From Podarcis pityusensis (taxonomy: Eukaryota): a stretch of 64,000 nt of DNA. Position 1 is the stretch's first letter, and every line of letters starts with the position of its first letter. Below the pieces are notes generated by a model, which did not search any database, was not told the origin of the DNA, and worked only from the letters and a program-made list of their open reading frames with translations. The stretch lies in assembly GCA_964106645.2 (NCBI GenBank), contig OZ067046.1; one strand, written 5' to 3'. Positions 13,681-26,640 of the stretch are shown piece by piece. Made by a program: the position numbers and the translations under genes.

Positions 13681-15426
13681 CTGCAAAGGAAGCCTGTACC
13701 TGTATTTATGGGTCACATGATCACTTCCCACTGCTGTAGCTTTCCCCTCTGTTGTGAGACCAGCAGCAACACCCCAAATCCCCTTTTCTTTCCTCCTTTG
13801 CATCTAGTCACCATTAGAACGGAAAACTCCCCTATGTGCCCTATGATATAGCCATTTCTGCAGCATAATCTAACAGAAAGAAAGGATTACACGTAAGAGA
13901 TTAGATATGAGGGCACATCAGGGAACACACAATTCAAAGCAACCCCCAAGTGTAACTCGTATCTATTTGGAGGGTGGAGAAACACAATCTAAGAGGTACG
14001 CAATTCTGCTTCTCACAAAGGAAGCAAAGCCACAGCGTTCCACATTGATGATCAAGTGTTGTAAATGAAGACAGCCTAAAGAAGTGTTGAACTCGCTCAT
14101 CCTTTATTAGTTTCTGTCCTATAAAACCACAAAATCCAGCCACTCGTTGGCAGAATGCAAAGTAAACTGGTTAACTGAGGATGTGTTTATGTGTGTGATA
14201 TAGTATATATTCTGTTTGCGGTGTCTGCCTCAAGCCTTTTGAAATGCCATACAGGAGTGTTGGTTTAGTTAATTTCATTTACTGTCCAAGACAGCTTCTG
14301 CAAACAGCCATTGTTCAGAGAAACAATTCACTTGGTGCCGCCTTTGCTGTCATCCTTTACCACCCTCAGCGCACATCTATATCACCCACAGCTGGATTTT
14401 CATGGCAGATGTTTCTGTTCCCTCTGGTATTTCCTCGCACACCCTCTTTCAAATCCCCCATTAGCCTCTAATTCTCCATTCTCTCTGGCATTCCCAGGAT
14501 TTCAGAAGTGAGAATATGTGAAAGAATTACTACACAGATTTCCCCAGGGTCAGAGCAGCTGCCCTTTATCCCAAAACTTTGGAGGATCTGGCCAGATTCT
14601 ATGATTCCAGCTGCTTTGATTTTGTGTTGCTCCACTAAGTTCCCAGTGCTCTTTACATAGAGTTTCCAGGGGATTTTTTTACTAGCTCTTCATAATTTAC
14701 ATATCTTGGCAAGCACTACCAGTGGTTTGTGAAATCCCTTATATGTCAAACATTCACGTAAACACAAAAGTATATTTTATGTATAGAAACTAGCATTCTT
14801 CAATGGAGTGTACAGGCAAGAAAATCAGAGTTGGATTAACATAACTTCTTATGTATGCCACAAATTAGGAGAATTGCATCCACACACTACAGGTACTCCT
14901 GTAGAGGTTATTCGAGACCATCTTTTTACAAAAAGTGCACAAGGTAGCATGCCTTGTGAGTTCAGTGTGTGCCACAGGATGTGCTAAGAGTTAGATCATT
15001 GGTACCCCTCCTGCGATTTCTGTTCATTCTGTGTGTGTTTTAGGGCTGATGGTGAGTTGAAGTATCACACTGTTATTGCTCTACTCGGGGGTGGGGGTAG
15101 GGGGTGTTAAATTTGAAATAAAAATGTGTCTTCACATTTTCTGCCCCACCATCATTTTAATCTTTGGCTAGTATGAGTAGTTATCTGGATAGGAAATTCC
15201 TATTCACAATTCTCATTCCTGACTGCTCCATTTTCACAGCCACTGATACCTAGTGGGAAAAGCAAAAGGTTCTTTTTTTTTAAGCAGTCAACTTGAGTTC
15301 TCTTTTTAATCTAACTTGTCCCAAATAAAGGTATTGTTTCACTTCACCTGAGTTTCTGGGCTTGTTGGAGGATTTTTAAGGAATTGCAAAACAAAAATGA
15401 GATGTGTAAGATGCATACACACAGTT

Positions 15427-15657
15427 CTAGTTAGAGGTAGGTAGCCGTGTTGGTCTGCCGTAGTAGAAACAAAATAAAAAAATTCCTTCCAGTAGCACCT
15501 TAGGGACCAACTAAGTTTGTTATTGGTATGAGCTTTCATATGCATGCACACTGAAAGAATCTGAAGAAGTGTGCATGCACACGAAAGCTCATACCAATAA
15601 CAAACTTAGTTGGTCACTAAGGTGCTACTGGAAGGAATTTTTTTTTAATTTTGTTTT
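15427..15657. mobile_element. Penelope-like element remnant with inverted pseudo-LTRs (palindrome)
   Basis: Arms 15467-15551 and 15569-15657 are near-perfect inverted repeats around a 17-nt spacer. The 5' GTAGCCGTGTTGGTCTG terminus is shared with the 28.5 kb copy. Confidence 0.8.
15557..15594 (+). ncRNA. Minimal type I hammerhead ribozyme motif (Penelope-type)
   Basis: GAAT-CTGAAGA-A-GTGTG-CATG-CACAC-GAAA-GC-TC-ATAC. This gives the CUGANGA and GAAA cores, a 5-bp stem II, a minimal stem III and a stem I with one mismatch. Confidence 0.7.
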
Positions 15658-17116
15658 GCATACACACACAGTAAGCAATATGTTCAAAACAATGTAGAAT
15701 AATTTGTTCAAAACAGGAATAAGATGGATTTCTTTCTCTGCACTTGTCTGCAGAACACAGACAAACCCTGTAAAGCTGCCTAAGGGAAAGGAGAGCCCAA
15801 AACAATATAAGCACAGCCAATCTGCCCCCCTCCAGATACTGTGGGACTTCAACTTCCATCAGCACCAGTCAGCATCACCAGTGGTTAGAGCTGATGGGAG
15901 TTGGAGACCCAAACATCTGGAGGGCACCATGTTGGCTGTCCTACAGCTTGGACATATCTTTGTTTTCAAAGCATGACAAGTTGTTTGAAAAGAGGGAGGG
16001 AGGCGGGGATCATTTTAGGTTTCCTGAGAGCAGTAGCCCACAATATTGTAGCAGAGTGAGAATATCCCTGCAAGGAAGGCATGGCATGTTATGGAAAACA
16101 TAAACATTCCTTATCTTTCTTTCTCCAGTTGCTAAGATTTCCTGGAAGCTGCCATTTCCTCTCTTTGACTGAGGAAACAATGCAAAGCATGTGCCTGACT
16201 CTGTTTGAATAGGTTGCTGCTGGATGTGAAATTGTTCCGTGATCAATTAGAGCTATATACTATCTCTGGGAGACAAAGACCTTGACTGCTACTGTGGCGA
16301 TGAAGGAGAAAGACTTTGCCGTCCATGCAAGACTGCAAGCATATAGATAAGCAGCTAGAAGGGGGGAGGGTGATGTTGTCTTTTCAATTATTGACCATTT
16401 GATGTGTTCTGAGGGCACCCAGCAATTGTAGGCCATTTAAGATGCTCTTGATGCTCTCACACTCAGCAGGCAGCACATCCGCACTTCCGAGACGCAAATA
16501 CCCTTTATCCCTCTTTGACTGGTTCCTTCCTACAGGGCAAAAGGAATATAAAGTCTCACGCTATTAACCCGCCCGAGGAAATATGACTGAATGCATCCCT
16601 ATCGTTATTAAGGCCACTCAGCAGCTGCTTCTGTAAATCACTTTTATATTTGTGCTCTCGGGGAACTGGAGGACAACCTTGTGAATAGGGTCCCCGGGTT
16701 ATTCTACAAGCTCAGGCAAATGCATCTCATAAAACTCTGGCTTTCAAGGTTCTGACCTTGGGTTTCAAAACACTGTAGATCTGGAGTGTCAGGGAGCACA
16801 TCTTCTGCTCCCCAGTGTGGGGGCAAAGAAAGGCCAATGTGTATATTGTTAAGCTTTTGTAACAACCAAAACCCTGCATGACATAATTTGCATGTGTGTA
16901 TTTGTATTTGACAGACAACTTGAAGCTCCACAAACTGATGGCATAGTGGTATTTGAAAGAAAGTCAGGAGACCTGAAAATTATCTAGCAATAAGGTTTTC
17001 AGGCCTCAGCCAAGCTCTAAAACAGAGGGGTCCAAGAGTGTGGTGTGGGTGGAAGATGGAGGGGGTGGTCTGTTGCAAGCAAACAAAGAACCTTAAGACC
17101 TGAAGCAGTTATTATT

Positions 17117-17161
<45 letters not shown>
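17117..17161. repeat. (TTG)n microsatellite
   Basis: Direct reading. Confidence 0.95.
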
Positions 17162-17559
17162 ATGTTTTGTTTATATCCCACCCTCCCCAGCCAAAGCCAG
17201 GCTCAGAGCAGCAGGTCCTTATAAAGGCTTCCCATCCCAGTCAGATTTTCCACCCTGCTTCATTGAGTAGCCACACCAACTCCTGTGTGTTAGAGTTGTT
17301 CACATTTTGTCATGCCAGTTGTCCTTTCTGGATTCTTACCACAAGCCTGCCTTTGATCATGACCCCATCCACACCTTACATACCAGTCACGGCTTCCCCC
17401 AAAGAATCGTGGGAACTGTCATTTGTTAAAGTGCCAAGAGTTCTTAGGAAGCTCCTAATGGAGCTACAATCCCCAGCATCCTTAACAAAAAGTACTTCTT
17501 CAGTGCATAGTTAAACCAGGGAACACACTCCCACAGGAGGCAGTGAGGACCACTAGCCT

Positions 17560-18626
17560 TTTGTTGTTGTTTAGTCGTTTAGTCGTGTCCGACTCTTCGT
17601 GACCCCATGGACCAGAGCACGCCAGGCACTTCTGTCTTCCACTGCCTCCCGCAGTTTGGTCAGACTCATGTTTGTAGCTTCGAGAACACTGTCTAACCAT
17701 CTCATCCTCTGTCGTCCCCTTCTTCTTGTGCCCTCAATCTTTCCCAACATCAGGGTCTTTTCCAGGGAGTCTTCTCTTTTTATGAGGTGGCCAAAGTATT
17801 GGAGCCTCAGCTTCACGATCTGTCCTTCCAGTGAGCACTCAGGGCTGATTTCCTTAAGAATGGATACGTTTGATCTTCTTGCAGTCCATGGGACTCTCAA
17901 GAGTCTCCTCCAGCACCATAATTCAAAAGCATCAATTCTTCGGCGATCAGCCTTCTTTATGGTCCAGCTCTCACTTCCATACATCACTACTGGGAAAACC
18001 ATGGCTTTAACTATATGGACCTTTGTTGGCAAGGTGATGTCTCTGCTTTTTAAGATGCTGTCTAGGTTTGCCATCGCTTTTCTCCCAAGGAGCAGGCGTC
18101 TTTTAATTTCGTGACTGCTGTCACCATCTGCAGTGATCATGGAGCCCAAGAAAGTAAAATCTCTCACTGCCTCCATTTCTTCCCATTCTATTTGCCAGGA
18201 GCTGATGGGACCAGTGGCCATGATCTTCGTTTTTTTGATGTTGAGCTTCAGACCATATTTTGCACTCTCCTCTTTCACCCTCGTTAAAAGGTTCTTTAAT
18301 TCCTCCTCACTTTCTGCCATCAAGGTTGTGTCATCTGCATATCTGAGGTTGTTGATATTTCTTCCGGCGATCTTAATTCCGGCTTGAGCTTCATCCAGCC
18401 CAGCCTTTCGCATGATGAATTCTGCATATAAGTTAAATAAGCAGGGAGACAATATACAGCCTTGCCGTACTCCTTTCCCAATTTTGAACCAAACAGTTGT
18501 TCCATATCCAGTTCTAACTGTAGCTTCTTGTCCCACATAGAGATTTCTCAGGAGACAGATGAGGTGATCAGGCACTCCCATTTCTTTAAGAACTTGCCAT
18601 AGTTTGCTGTGGTCGACACAGTCAAA
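17560..18626 (-). mobile_element. BovB (RTE clade) LINE, 5'-truncated
   Basis: Uninterrupted 336-aa frame with QGCILSP and YADD RT motifs and the typical BovB C-terminus (..HGVTKSRTRLND). (CAA)n tail. Confidence 0.97.
17571..18581 (-). CDS. BovB reverse transcriptase C-terminal part (partial, TE-derived)
   Basis: ORF track 336 aa with RT motifs GVRQGCILSP and LRYADDTTL. Confidence 0.9.
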   Translation of the reverse strand: MGVPDHLICLLRNLYVGQEATVRTGYGTTVWFKIGKGVRQGCILSPCLFNLYAEFIMRKAGLDEAQAGIKIAGRNINNLRYADDTTLMAESEEELKNLLTRVKEESAKYGLKLNIKKTKIMATGPISSWQIEWEEMEAVRDFTFLGSMITADGDSSHEIKRRLLLGRKAMANLDSILKSRDITLPTKVHIVKAMVFPVVMYGSESWTIKKADRRRIDAFELWCWRRLLRVPWTARRSNVSILKEISPECSLEGQIVKLRLQYFGHLIKREDSLEKTLMLGKIEGTRRRGRQRMRWLDSVLEATNMSLTKLREAVEDRSAWRALVHGVTKSRTRLND

Positions 18627-20871
18627 CGCTGGATGGCTTTAAAAGATGACTGGACAAATTCATGGAAAGAGATACTGATGGCTCGATAGTCATCTAGTGT
18701 TTCTAAATACCATTTGCTGGAAACCGCAGGAGGGAGAGTGCTCTTATGTTTGTGGGTTTCCCACAGGAATCTGGTTGGACCCTTTGAGAACAGGATGCTT
18801 GACTAGATGGTTCATTGGCCTCATCCACCAGGACTTTTCTTACGTTCTTGAGTGTTCTAGATCATTGTGGCCCTCCCATGGACCTTAGGATGAAGGATGG
18901 GTAAGAAATCTAACAACAAAAAATCACAACAAAATCACATCAATAATTTTTTTGTGATGCTTTATCAATATGTATAGATACGTATGTTTTGGGGAAATAT
19001 TGCACAAAAAGAATCTTGATGCAGTTGTAGGCATGATTGCATAATCATCATCATCATCATCATCATCATCATTAGTTTTCACCAACGTGCATGTGGTTTA
19101 TCTTAAGTTAACATCTGGGTGAAAGATTAGGAAACTTGCTTGAGCCTTCATAAAGCAGCTGGAGAAGGAGGAGAGGAAAGAGGGTGAAGAAAAAGTTGTG
19201 AGTGGAGGGGGATGCTTTTTCAGTCCTTTGGACCCCCTGGGAAATTCAACAAAGCTGCTGTACCTAGAACTGGGTGTGGAGAGTGCTGATGAATGGGACA
19301 CAGCAGCCTAAGGAAGTGCCATACACCTTGGGCCTGCCCACAAAGAGCAAGTCTAGATTAAGAGACTAAAATTATATCTATTGTTTCCAGGAAGTCTTCT
19401 TGCTTTGAGACCTTTGGGGGGTGAACTGAGAGTTTGTTGGACCCTGGGTGAGATCCCAGAGGCTGAGAGGGAGGGAGTGTCAGAAGGAAAATATATTGAT
19501 GCTGATTTATATCTATTGGTAACCTTGTATTAATGTAACATTTTTGTGTGTATCTACTTATTTTTTATATTTTGTTTGTCTCTTGTTGCTTCAGTATATA
19601 TTAAGCAGTATACAAATTAAATAATCAATATCTTACGAGGAATAGATTTTATAATTGTTTCTCTTTTCCCTTAAACCCTTTTCTTTTTTGAAAATATGCA
19701 TCCAAACTACTTCTGTTAGAACATGGAATTATAAATTAGGGAACTAGATCTCTAAAGCATTAGACTCAGAGAATTCTGTATGAAAGGTTAATTCAGAGCT
19801 AAATCCTTGCGGAATCTAAAGCTGAGGCAGAATCTGTCAGGAACAAACTGAAGTAAACCTGTTATCAGCTGCTACTTATAACAAGGTCAGGTTGGGACAT
19901 AAATAGAAAGCAATCTGGCAGATGTTTGGGGAACTCTGAGCTTAAAAACAGAGCAAAAATATTTGCCAGCAAGCTCTGTGTCAGAATTAGAAAATCAAAT
20001 GTAATATTGAGAAACTGAGTATAGCAAGCACAAATTGCAGTAGCTCATGGCGGTATTAAGAATTCTGTCAGGAAAAACAATCCAGAGGTCTTATTCCAAA
20101 ATATACATTCATAAAACTGGGGAGAATGGAGGTAGCTCAGATTCTGGCCTGCTTCACCCACTGGGCCAGGCCTAGTCAGGCATTTGAGCCCCATTCCCAG
20201 TGTGACTCCATTCATGTAAAAGAGGGGACAGCTGAGAGAGTTGGCCTCAATCGTCCTTCAGAAGTTGCAGTGTTGAACTTCTGCAGTGGAGAGCCTTTTC
20301 TATTTGGGTAGACTCCCCACCACCACCACCACCACCCATGTGATCTAGAACCATGGAAGATCAGGAGTCTAAATCACAAGGGGGACGGGCACTAGACAAG
20401 GCTTACCTGCTGCCAAAGTTCAGACCCCAGTGCACGGAGGGTGACAAAGCCAGTAACAGTGACACAACAAAAGAGATAGGGCTAAGAAGCGTATTCCTGT
20501 TCTCACACACCTGCCCGCCATGACTAGAATCACAGGTGGGGAATGCCTGAATAGGACTTCCACCTTCACTGAATCTCTGCCTTCTGCCTGGTTCCAGCAA
20601 GGATCTAGAAGATTCCTTCCTGAGTCTGACTGTGGCCACAGGTGCTACCATGCTCTGCCTGTGACCAGCCAGCTCAAACCCACACCCATATTGTAATACC
20701 CTAACAGATCCTTGGGACTGAAGAAAGATCAAGGTCAGAGCCAAGTGGTGAGCTAAAAGATGAGGAAGAGAAGTCAATTATTTTTCATCCAAGCAGTAGC
20801 TGATTCAATCCCTGGTATCTTCAGGTACAACTGGGAATGTCCCCTGCCTTAAACTCTGTCTGAGACCTATC

Positions 20872-20961
20872 CATAGCTGTCAACTTTCCCCTTTTCTTGT
20901 GGGGAATCCTATTCGGAATAAGGGAATTTCCCTTAAAAAAAGAGAAAAGTTGACAGCTGTG
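20872..20961. mobile_element. hAT-type MITE (90 bp)
   Basis: TIRs CATAGCTGTCAACTTT / AAAGTTGACAGCTGTG. 8-bp TSD GACCTATC at 20864-20871 and 20962-20969. Confidence 0.9.
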
Positions 20962-22794
20962 GACCTATCAATGATCCTACTTAAAAACAAACCCTTTGTT
21001 AGCAAGAAACCACAACTTTGGGGCAAACAAACTTTCTGGAAAATAACTTCCCCATGGACTGGAAGGTACCACTGCTGATTGTGTTAAAATGAAGCCGCAT
21101 CAATGTAAATACGTAATCAGGGATGCATATTGTTTTGAAAGTGAGAACTAAAAAAAGTGCTACCTACCCCAGGAGTTTGGACTTCCAAAAAAAAAAAAAA
21201 AAAAAGGTGTGAAAATGATCCACCACAAACTTCCTTTCCTCAGCATCACAAGACAAGAGTTTAACAAGTGAGACAAATATAGCATGGACTGTGCATACCA
21301 TTCACTTATATTTGTCTCCTCATTCTCAGGGGTCTTTCATGAGAACCTTGCCCAGGCCCCGTGGGAATGAGTGGAGGCTGCCAAGAAGCCGAGCTTGGTG
21401 GGCTGGGCTCATTTAGAACTGAGTTTTATGCTGCAGAGAACTGTAGTATAAAGCAGCCTTTCTTTGTCCTTCCTTTTCATGAGATTTTTTCAAAGGTCAC
21501 CACTGCACAAGTGTCAGTGATAATTTAAGCACCCAAGTTAACTTACGCTGAATGCTGCCTTTTGTTTTCAGGAAAGCTTGTCAGAATGGTTACAGGCATG
21601 TGTGTGCTCCAGGTTATTTCTGAAGCTCCAGCCATACATAACCCAGGAATGCTTCCAATTTTATGTACAGAAAAACGAAATGTCATTTTTTTAAAAAAAG
21701 GGAATGTGTTGTAAAATGATGCACAATTATATGGGCCACAGTTAAGGGCAGACCTTTAAAGATCAGACAGGCAGCTGCAGTGAGCGTGAAGTGCTATTTC
21801 TAGCCCAGATGTAATACAGTGCAGAATTGTTTTCCAGGCTGGAAAAAAGTATTGCATAGTTAACCAGCTTTAATAAAGATAGCACTGTGACAGTTCCCCA
21901 CCCCCACTTCTCATGTCAGAAAAGTACTCCAATGGCTAGGATGGAAAAGGCAGTATGTGGTTGCTGCCACACATCTAGTCAGTCAAGGTCTCTTGGTACT
22001 TGCCCTAGATAAGCAACTCCTCCAAATGAGGTCAAAATGGGTTCAGTCAGGCTTGCAACTAGTTTCTCGCCTGCCAACCTGGGTGGGGAAAGTAAGAATA
22101 GCTTCAGGATGCTCATACAAAGATGCTTTTGTAAAAGATAGCCACCGCTTTCCTTTCAGCCTATTGATACATCACAAATACCCAGTGTCCCTGTCTGTCA
22201 AGGACATATTTCATCTTTGGTTTGGGTTTTGAAGGAACTATTTGTTAACATTTTGTTAGTGTGGATTGCTGAACTGGTGCCTCTCACAGCTACAGCGCCC
22301 TTCCCGAGTTCTTGAGAAGTGAATTCTGTGAGGAAGGGTGGTAGCGTGAGGTGGATTTTGCATGTCTGGAGTGTGGCCCATTGCACAAAGTTAAGAGTCA
22401 CATCTGTTGTTCCTTCTGCTTTTACCTGTGGCCCAACCCACTTTTGCCTCAGAGCACCCCTACTACTGGTACATGGCCCATGAGGAAATATCGCCCCTGG
22501 ACTGGAAAACGTTCGCCACCCAATGGAGAGCAATAGTAGTCCTCTTCAGATGTTATGACTCTTCTCCATGCACAGACAGTAGGTGGCATCAGCCTCTGTC
22601 TACTACCTTCAAGTCAGAAAGAGAACTTCTGAAGAAAGCTTATGTACTTATTGCATTTCATTGCCATCTCCAGGTGTGAGGGGGCCCTGAGTGGTGTGTC
22701 CTCTGCTCAGGCCCCTCCTCTGTCAGTGGGACCATGGCAGGTTCGCCTAGCTGTGGCAGAAGTGTTCTGAGGAGAGCTTGGGTAGCTGTATCTA

Positions 22795-23149
22795 AGGTAA
22801 AAGTAAAGGGACCCCTGACCATTAGGTCCAGTCGTGACCGACTCTGGGTTTGCGGCGCTCATCTCGCTTTATTGACCGAGGGAGCCGGCATACAGCTTCC
22901 AGGTCATGTGGCCAGCATGACTAAGCCGCTTCTGGCGAACCAGAGCAACGTACGGAAACGCCGTTTACCTTCCCGCTGGAACGGTACCTATTTATCTACT
23001 TGCACTTTGATGTGCTTTCGTACTGCTAGGTTGGCAGGAGCAGGGACCGAGCAATGGGAGCTCACCCCATTGCGGGGATTCGAACCACCGACCTTCTGAT
23101 TGGCAAGTCCTAGGCTCTGTGGTTTAACCCACAGCGCCACCCGCGTCCC
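22795..23149 (-). mobile_element. Sauria SINE, full length
   Basis: TSD TAGCTGTATCTA at 22783-22794 and 23151-23162. Confidence 0.95.
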
Positions 23150-26042
23150 ATAGCTGTATCTAGCTACCCCTTAAATTCCTCAAAGCAAGGTTAGGTCGGG
23201 GCATTGTAGGCAATGAAAATGGCAGCTGTCGCCAGCCTCCTGGTGCTACTCAGAGTACCAGGAGAGAGAGAGAAAATATAAAAAGGGGTCCAAGATAGGC
23301 ATGAGCCATGGGTCTTGCCAGGACATCTGGACCCTGGCAGCTGTCTAAGGATTCCAGGAGTTGACTCTCTTGTATACCTTCAACCAACAAAGCAGACTTC
23401 TTCCTAGCTTTTAAGAAAGGACAGGACAGGCTATTTCAAGGTTTATGAATATTGCAGAGTGCAGAAGACACAGAGAAGAGCCTGTAGCAATATGTAATGG
23501 GGGACAGGCCCTCCTCAAGCAGTGACCCTTGGTAGGAGGTGTACAGATGCATCTCTCTCTTTATCCAATGAAATACTGGGTGGTATGCAAACAAGGAACA
23601 TACTTATGTTTGGACACACTGGCATGTTAAATTGTTTGTGGCCTAATGACTTTTGGAGCCTGATTTGCTAGGCTGGCTTACATAAAAATAGCATTATACT
23701 TCCCAAGGAACGTTACTTGAAGTATTTTTATTTCTGTCGGTTACCTGGCAACTTAAGCACAGTATATACAGCCAGACTGCCAGCCAGTTTAAAACGATCA
23801 TAATCCTGAGGGGATTTCAACCCAAATAAAGCAACGTAGCAATGACTTTGCTGAAAGGCATATCCCGTCTTTCCCCCGCATCTCCTGTGTCTGCGCTCTG
23901 AAGGTGTGTCTGAAACAAGGCAGCATCTTGTGAGCACAGCAGCCTGCTCCTGGTCTCAAGGCAACCCTTAAACCCTAAGGAAATAGGTCTGTGAATATAA
24001 GAGCTGCAAATTGTTTAATGCATATATACAGCCAATTTTTGTTGTTGTGGGCTGTAGAGTTTTATGCCTAATGAGCTTATTAGCGCCAGACGTCAGTGCA
24101 TTTGTAGGACACGAACCCAGGATGTACAATTTGGCACCGCCAGCCGGTCCTGAAGCCACTTACTTTCAGGAGGGGATGCTGTGCTTCATAAATGAATGCC
24201 ACAGTGAGCCAGTAAAGAGATGAAATTAAGTCTGCCGTTCCACTCGTCTTGTAAATTGAATTAGTCCATATGTTTTCACAAGCCACGTGGAGACGCATTG
24301 TGTGTGTTTTCTGCTGTTCTCAGTGGCTGTTTAATAGCTCAGAAAAGATAAGTTAATTATGATACTTGGGCGCACATGACATTCCTATGCATTTTGTCAG
24401 CTTTTTGCAAGTAATGGCAAAATATCCGGGAAGGCACAGTCAACAAGGTAAAACCTGCCTTATCTATTGTCATTTTGTCAGAACAAACAAATGGCCAATA
24501 CCACAATCTTATGCATGCTTACTCACAAGTAGGGATGGGGCAGAAATTCAATTCAGATCCCATTTAAAGCTGAATTTATCAAGGTTGTATTTTCCTCAAA
24601 CATAGCAACGATGCATTATACTGGGAGAAATTGCTTGCATAAATGTGTACATTTATCTAAACTGCAGACAAAAATGGGTTTATTGAGGGGGGGAAAATCA
24701 CATTAAAATGCTGAAGAATTTTCAGTTGGTTTTTTTAATTGTTAATCACTACAGAAACATATAGAGCTGAACTTTTAAGATTGGAAAATGGGAAAATAAG
24801 CTCCAGTGTGTCCAACAGTACTTACTCCCAGGAAAGTGTTCTTAAGAACTTTAGGCTAGGAGTAAGCCCTACTGATCATAGTTGGACTTACTACTGAGTA
24901 AATATGCATAGGATGGTATTGTAAAAGCCTCTCATTCATTCTTGTAACCTTAAAAGCATACTTTGATAACTGTGTTCAAGAAAGATCAGGTCTATTTTAG
25001 GATAAAAAGGAATTCTTCTTTGTCTGCCTGGGATGATTTGCCTCTTCACTGAGGGGGAGAAAGCTAGCTAAGAAAATGACAGCTCCATTGATGTAATGTG
25101 CATCTAAAAATATAAATACCAAGTTGAAAATATTTTGTATTTCTTTCAAAGCATAGTAGGAAACCTTGTACTTCAATAGACGTAATACTATGTTAGCAGA
25201 GCTGACCTGAACACATTTGAGTTGGTATTTTATTTATTTTTTTAACAATCTTGAAAAAGGGCTCTGCTATAGTGTTCACTCACTGAAACTAAGGATAACG
25301 GTTCCTAAAAGCTACTTCATTGTCCCTCAGTGACACATCAGCACATAGCTAAGTCTGATTGGATATAAATGCTTCTGATGCTATGAGTGGACAGGATTGC
25401 CCAGCTAACTAGTCCCAGGAAGAAAACTCAGTAATCACTGGGGAGAAACTACACAAAGCAGCAGCGGTAGGGAAATAATTCCAGTAAAGTGATTTGAAAA
25501 ACGTGGACATTCTTCTCAGAATAACAACAACAACAACAACAACAACAATAATAATAATAATAATTTCATACTAAAAATCAAAATGGGCAAATGTTCAGCA
25601 CAGACATTGTGTTCCCATGAGTCCTCTTCAGTTATATACTCAACCAGAATGTTTGTTCTTTTGTTTTGCAAATATTTTCTAGTTCACCATGACTTTAGTT
25701 AAATCTGTCTATCTATTCTATTGTTGCACTTCCGCCTAGATATCTGATATTTCTTAAGGTACAAATAAATTGCATCCAATCCTGTTCAGAAGCTAGCCTT
25801 TCTATTCCCCAGAAAGAAAATGAGCTCACCATAAGGCAGTCACCATGGAATATACATATTGTTGAATAGTACAGATTTTTTTTTCTAGTTTAAAATCAGC
25901 TCAGAACAACATTTACTTTTCCTAGGTGAACAGATTGTCTACTTCCTGCACGGCAGAGTGCAGCACTCACTGACTGGCCTTTAAATTTAGTAGCTGAAGG
26001 GTGAGTGTTTGTGAACATTCCATGAAAATGCATCTTCAAGTA

Positions 26043-26640
26043 CAGTGGTACCTTGGTTCTCAAACTTAATCCGTTCCAGAAGTCCATTCCAAAACCAAGT
26101 GCGATTTCCCATAGAAAGTAATGCAAAATGGATTAACCCACTCCAGACATTTATCTAACAAGACCACTGATCAATAAAATGAAAGCAATCAATGTACTGT
26201 ACTATAAAATAAATAAGACAGTATTGTAGATAATAAAAATTAATTTTTTTTCTTACCCGCACTGAGATAGTCATTGTTTGGATGGGGGCCTTTTATCCAT
26301 TTCCGCAGTCACACAATCAATCAATCAGTCAGTCAATCAGTAGCTGAACTGTGAACCACACAATCACAAAAACAAATTAACCGAAAAAGCTTCAAAAACA
26401 AAAATGCAACATAAATAGTAAAAACAAAAGGGGCAAACGCAATCCATTCCGGAAGTCCATTTGACTTCCGAAATGTTCGAAAACCAAGGCACAGCTTCTG
26501 ATTAGTGCAGGCGCCCTGGAAACAATAGCCGACAGTGGCATCGGATGTTCGGCTTCTGAAAAACATTAGAAAACCGGAACACTTACTTCCAGGTTTCCAG
26601 TGTTTGGGAACCAAGGCGTTTGAGTACCAAGGTACCACTG
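26043..26640. mobile_element. Tc1/mariner (Tigger-like) non-autonomous element
   Basis: TA|CAGTGGTACCTTGGT ... ACCAAGGTACCACTG|TA. Confidence 0.92.

Larger units (their letters stand above)
17488..18850 (+). mobile_element. CR1 3' end split by the BovB insertion (pieces ~17488-17559 and ~18629-18850)
   Basis: GCATAGTTAAAC..CCCACAGGAGGCAGTG continues as GGATGGCTTTAAAAG..GGACAAATTCATGG..TTCTTACGTTCTT. It is homologous to the CR1 at 750-850. Confidence 0.75.

Noticed and set aside
17599-18387. Plus-strand ORFs of 171 and 84 aa (also 44849-45304)
   Set aside because: Antisense shadows of the BovB ORF.
19700-20100. Recurring GAATTCTGT/GAATCTGTCAGGAA motifs resembling a repeat-spacer array
   Set aside because: Irregular spacing and low identity in vertebrate DNA with no cas genes. 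Probably a decayed TE.
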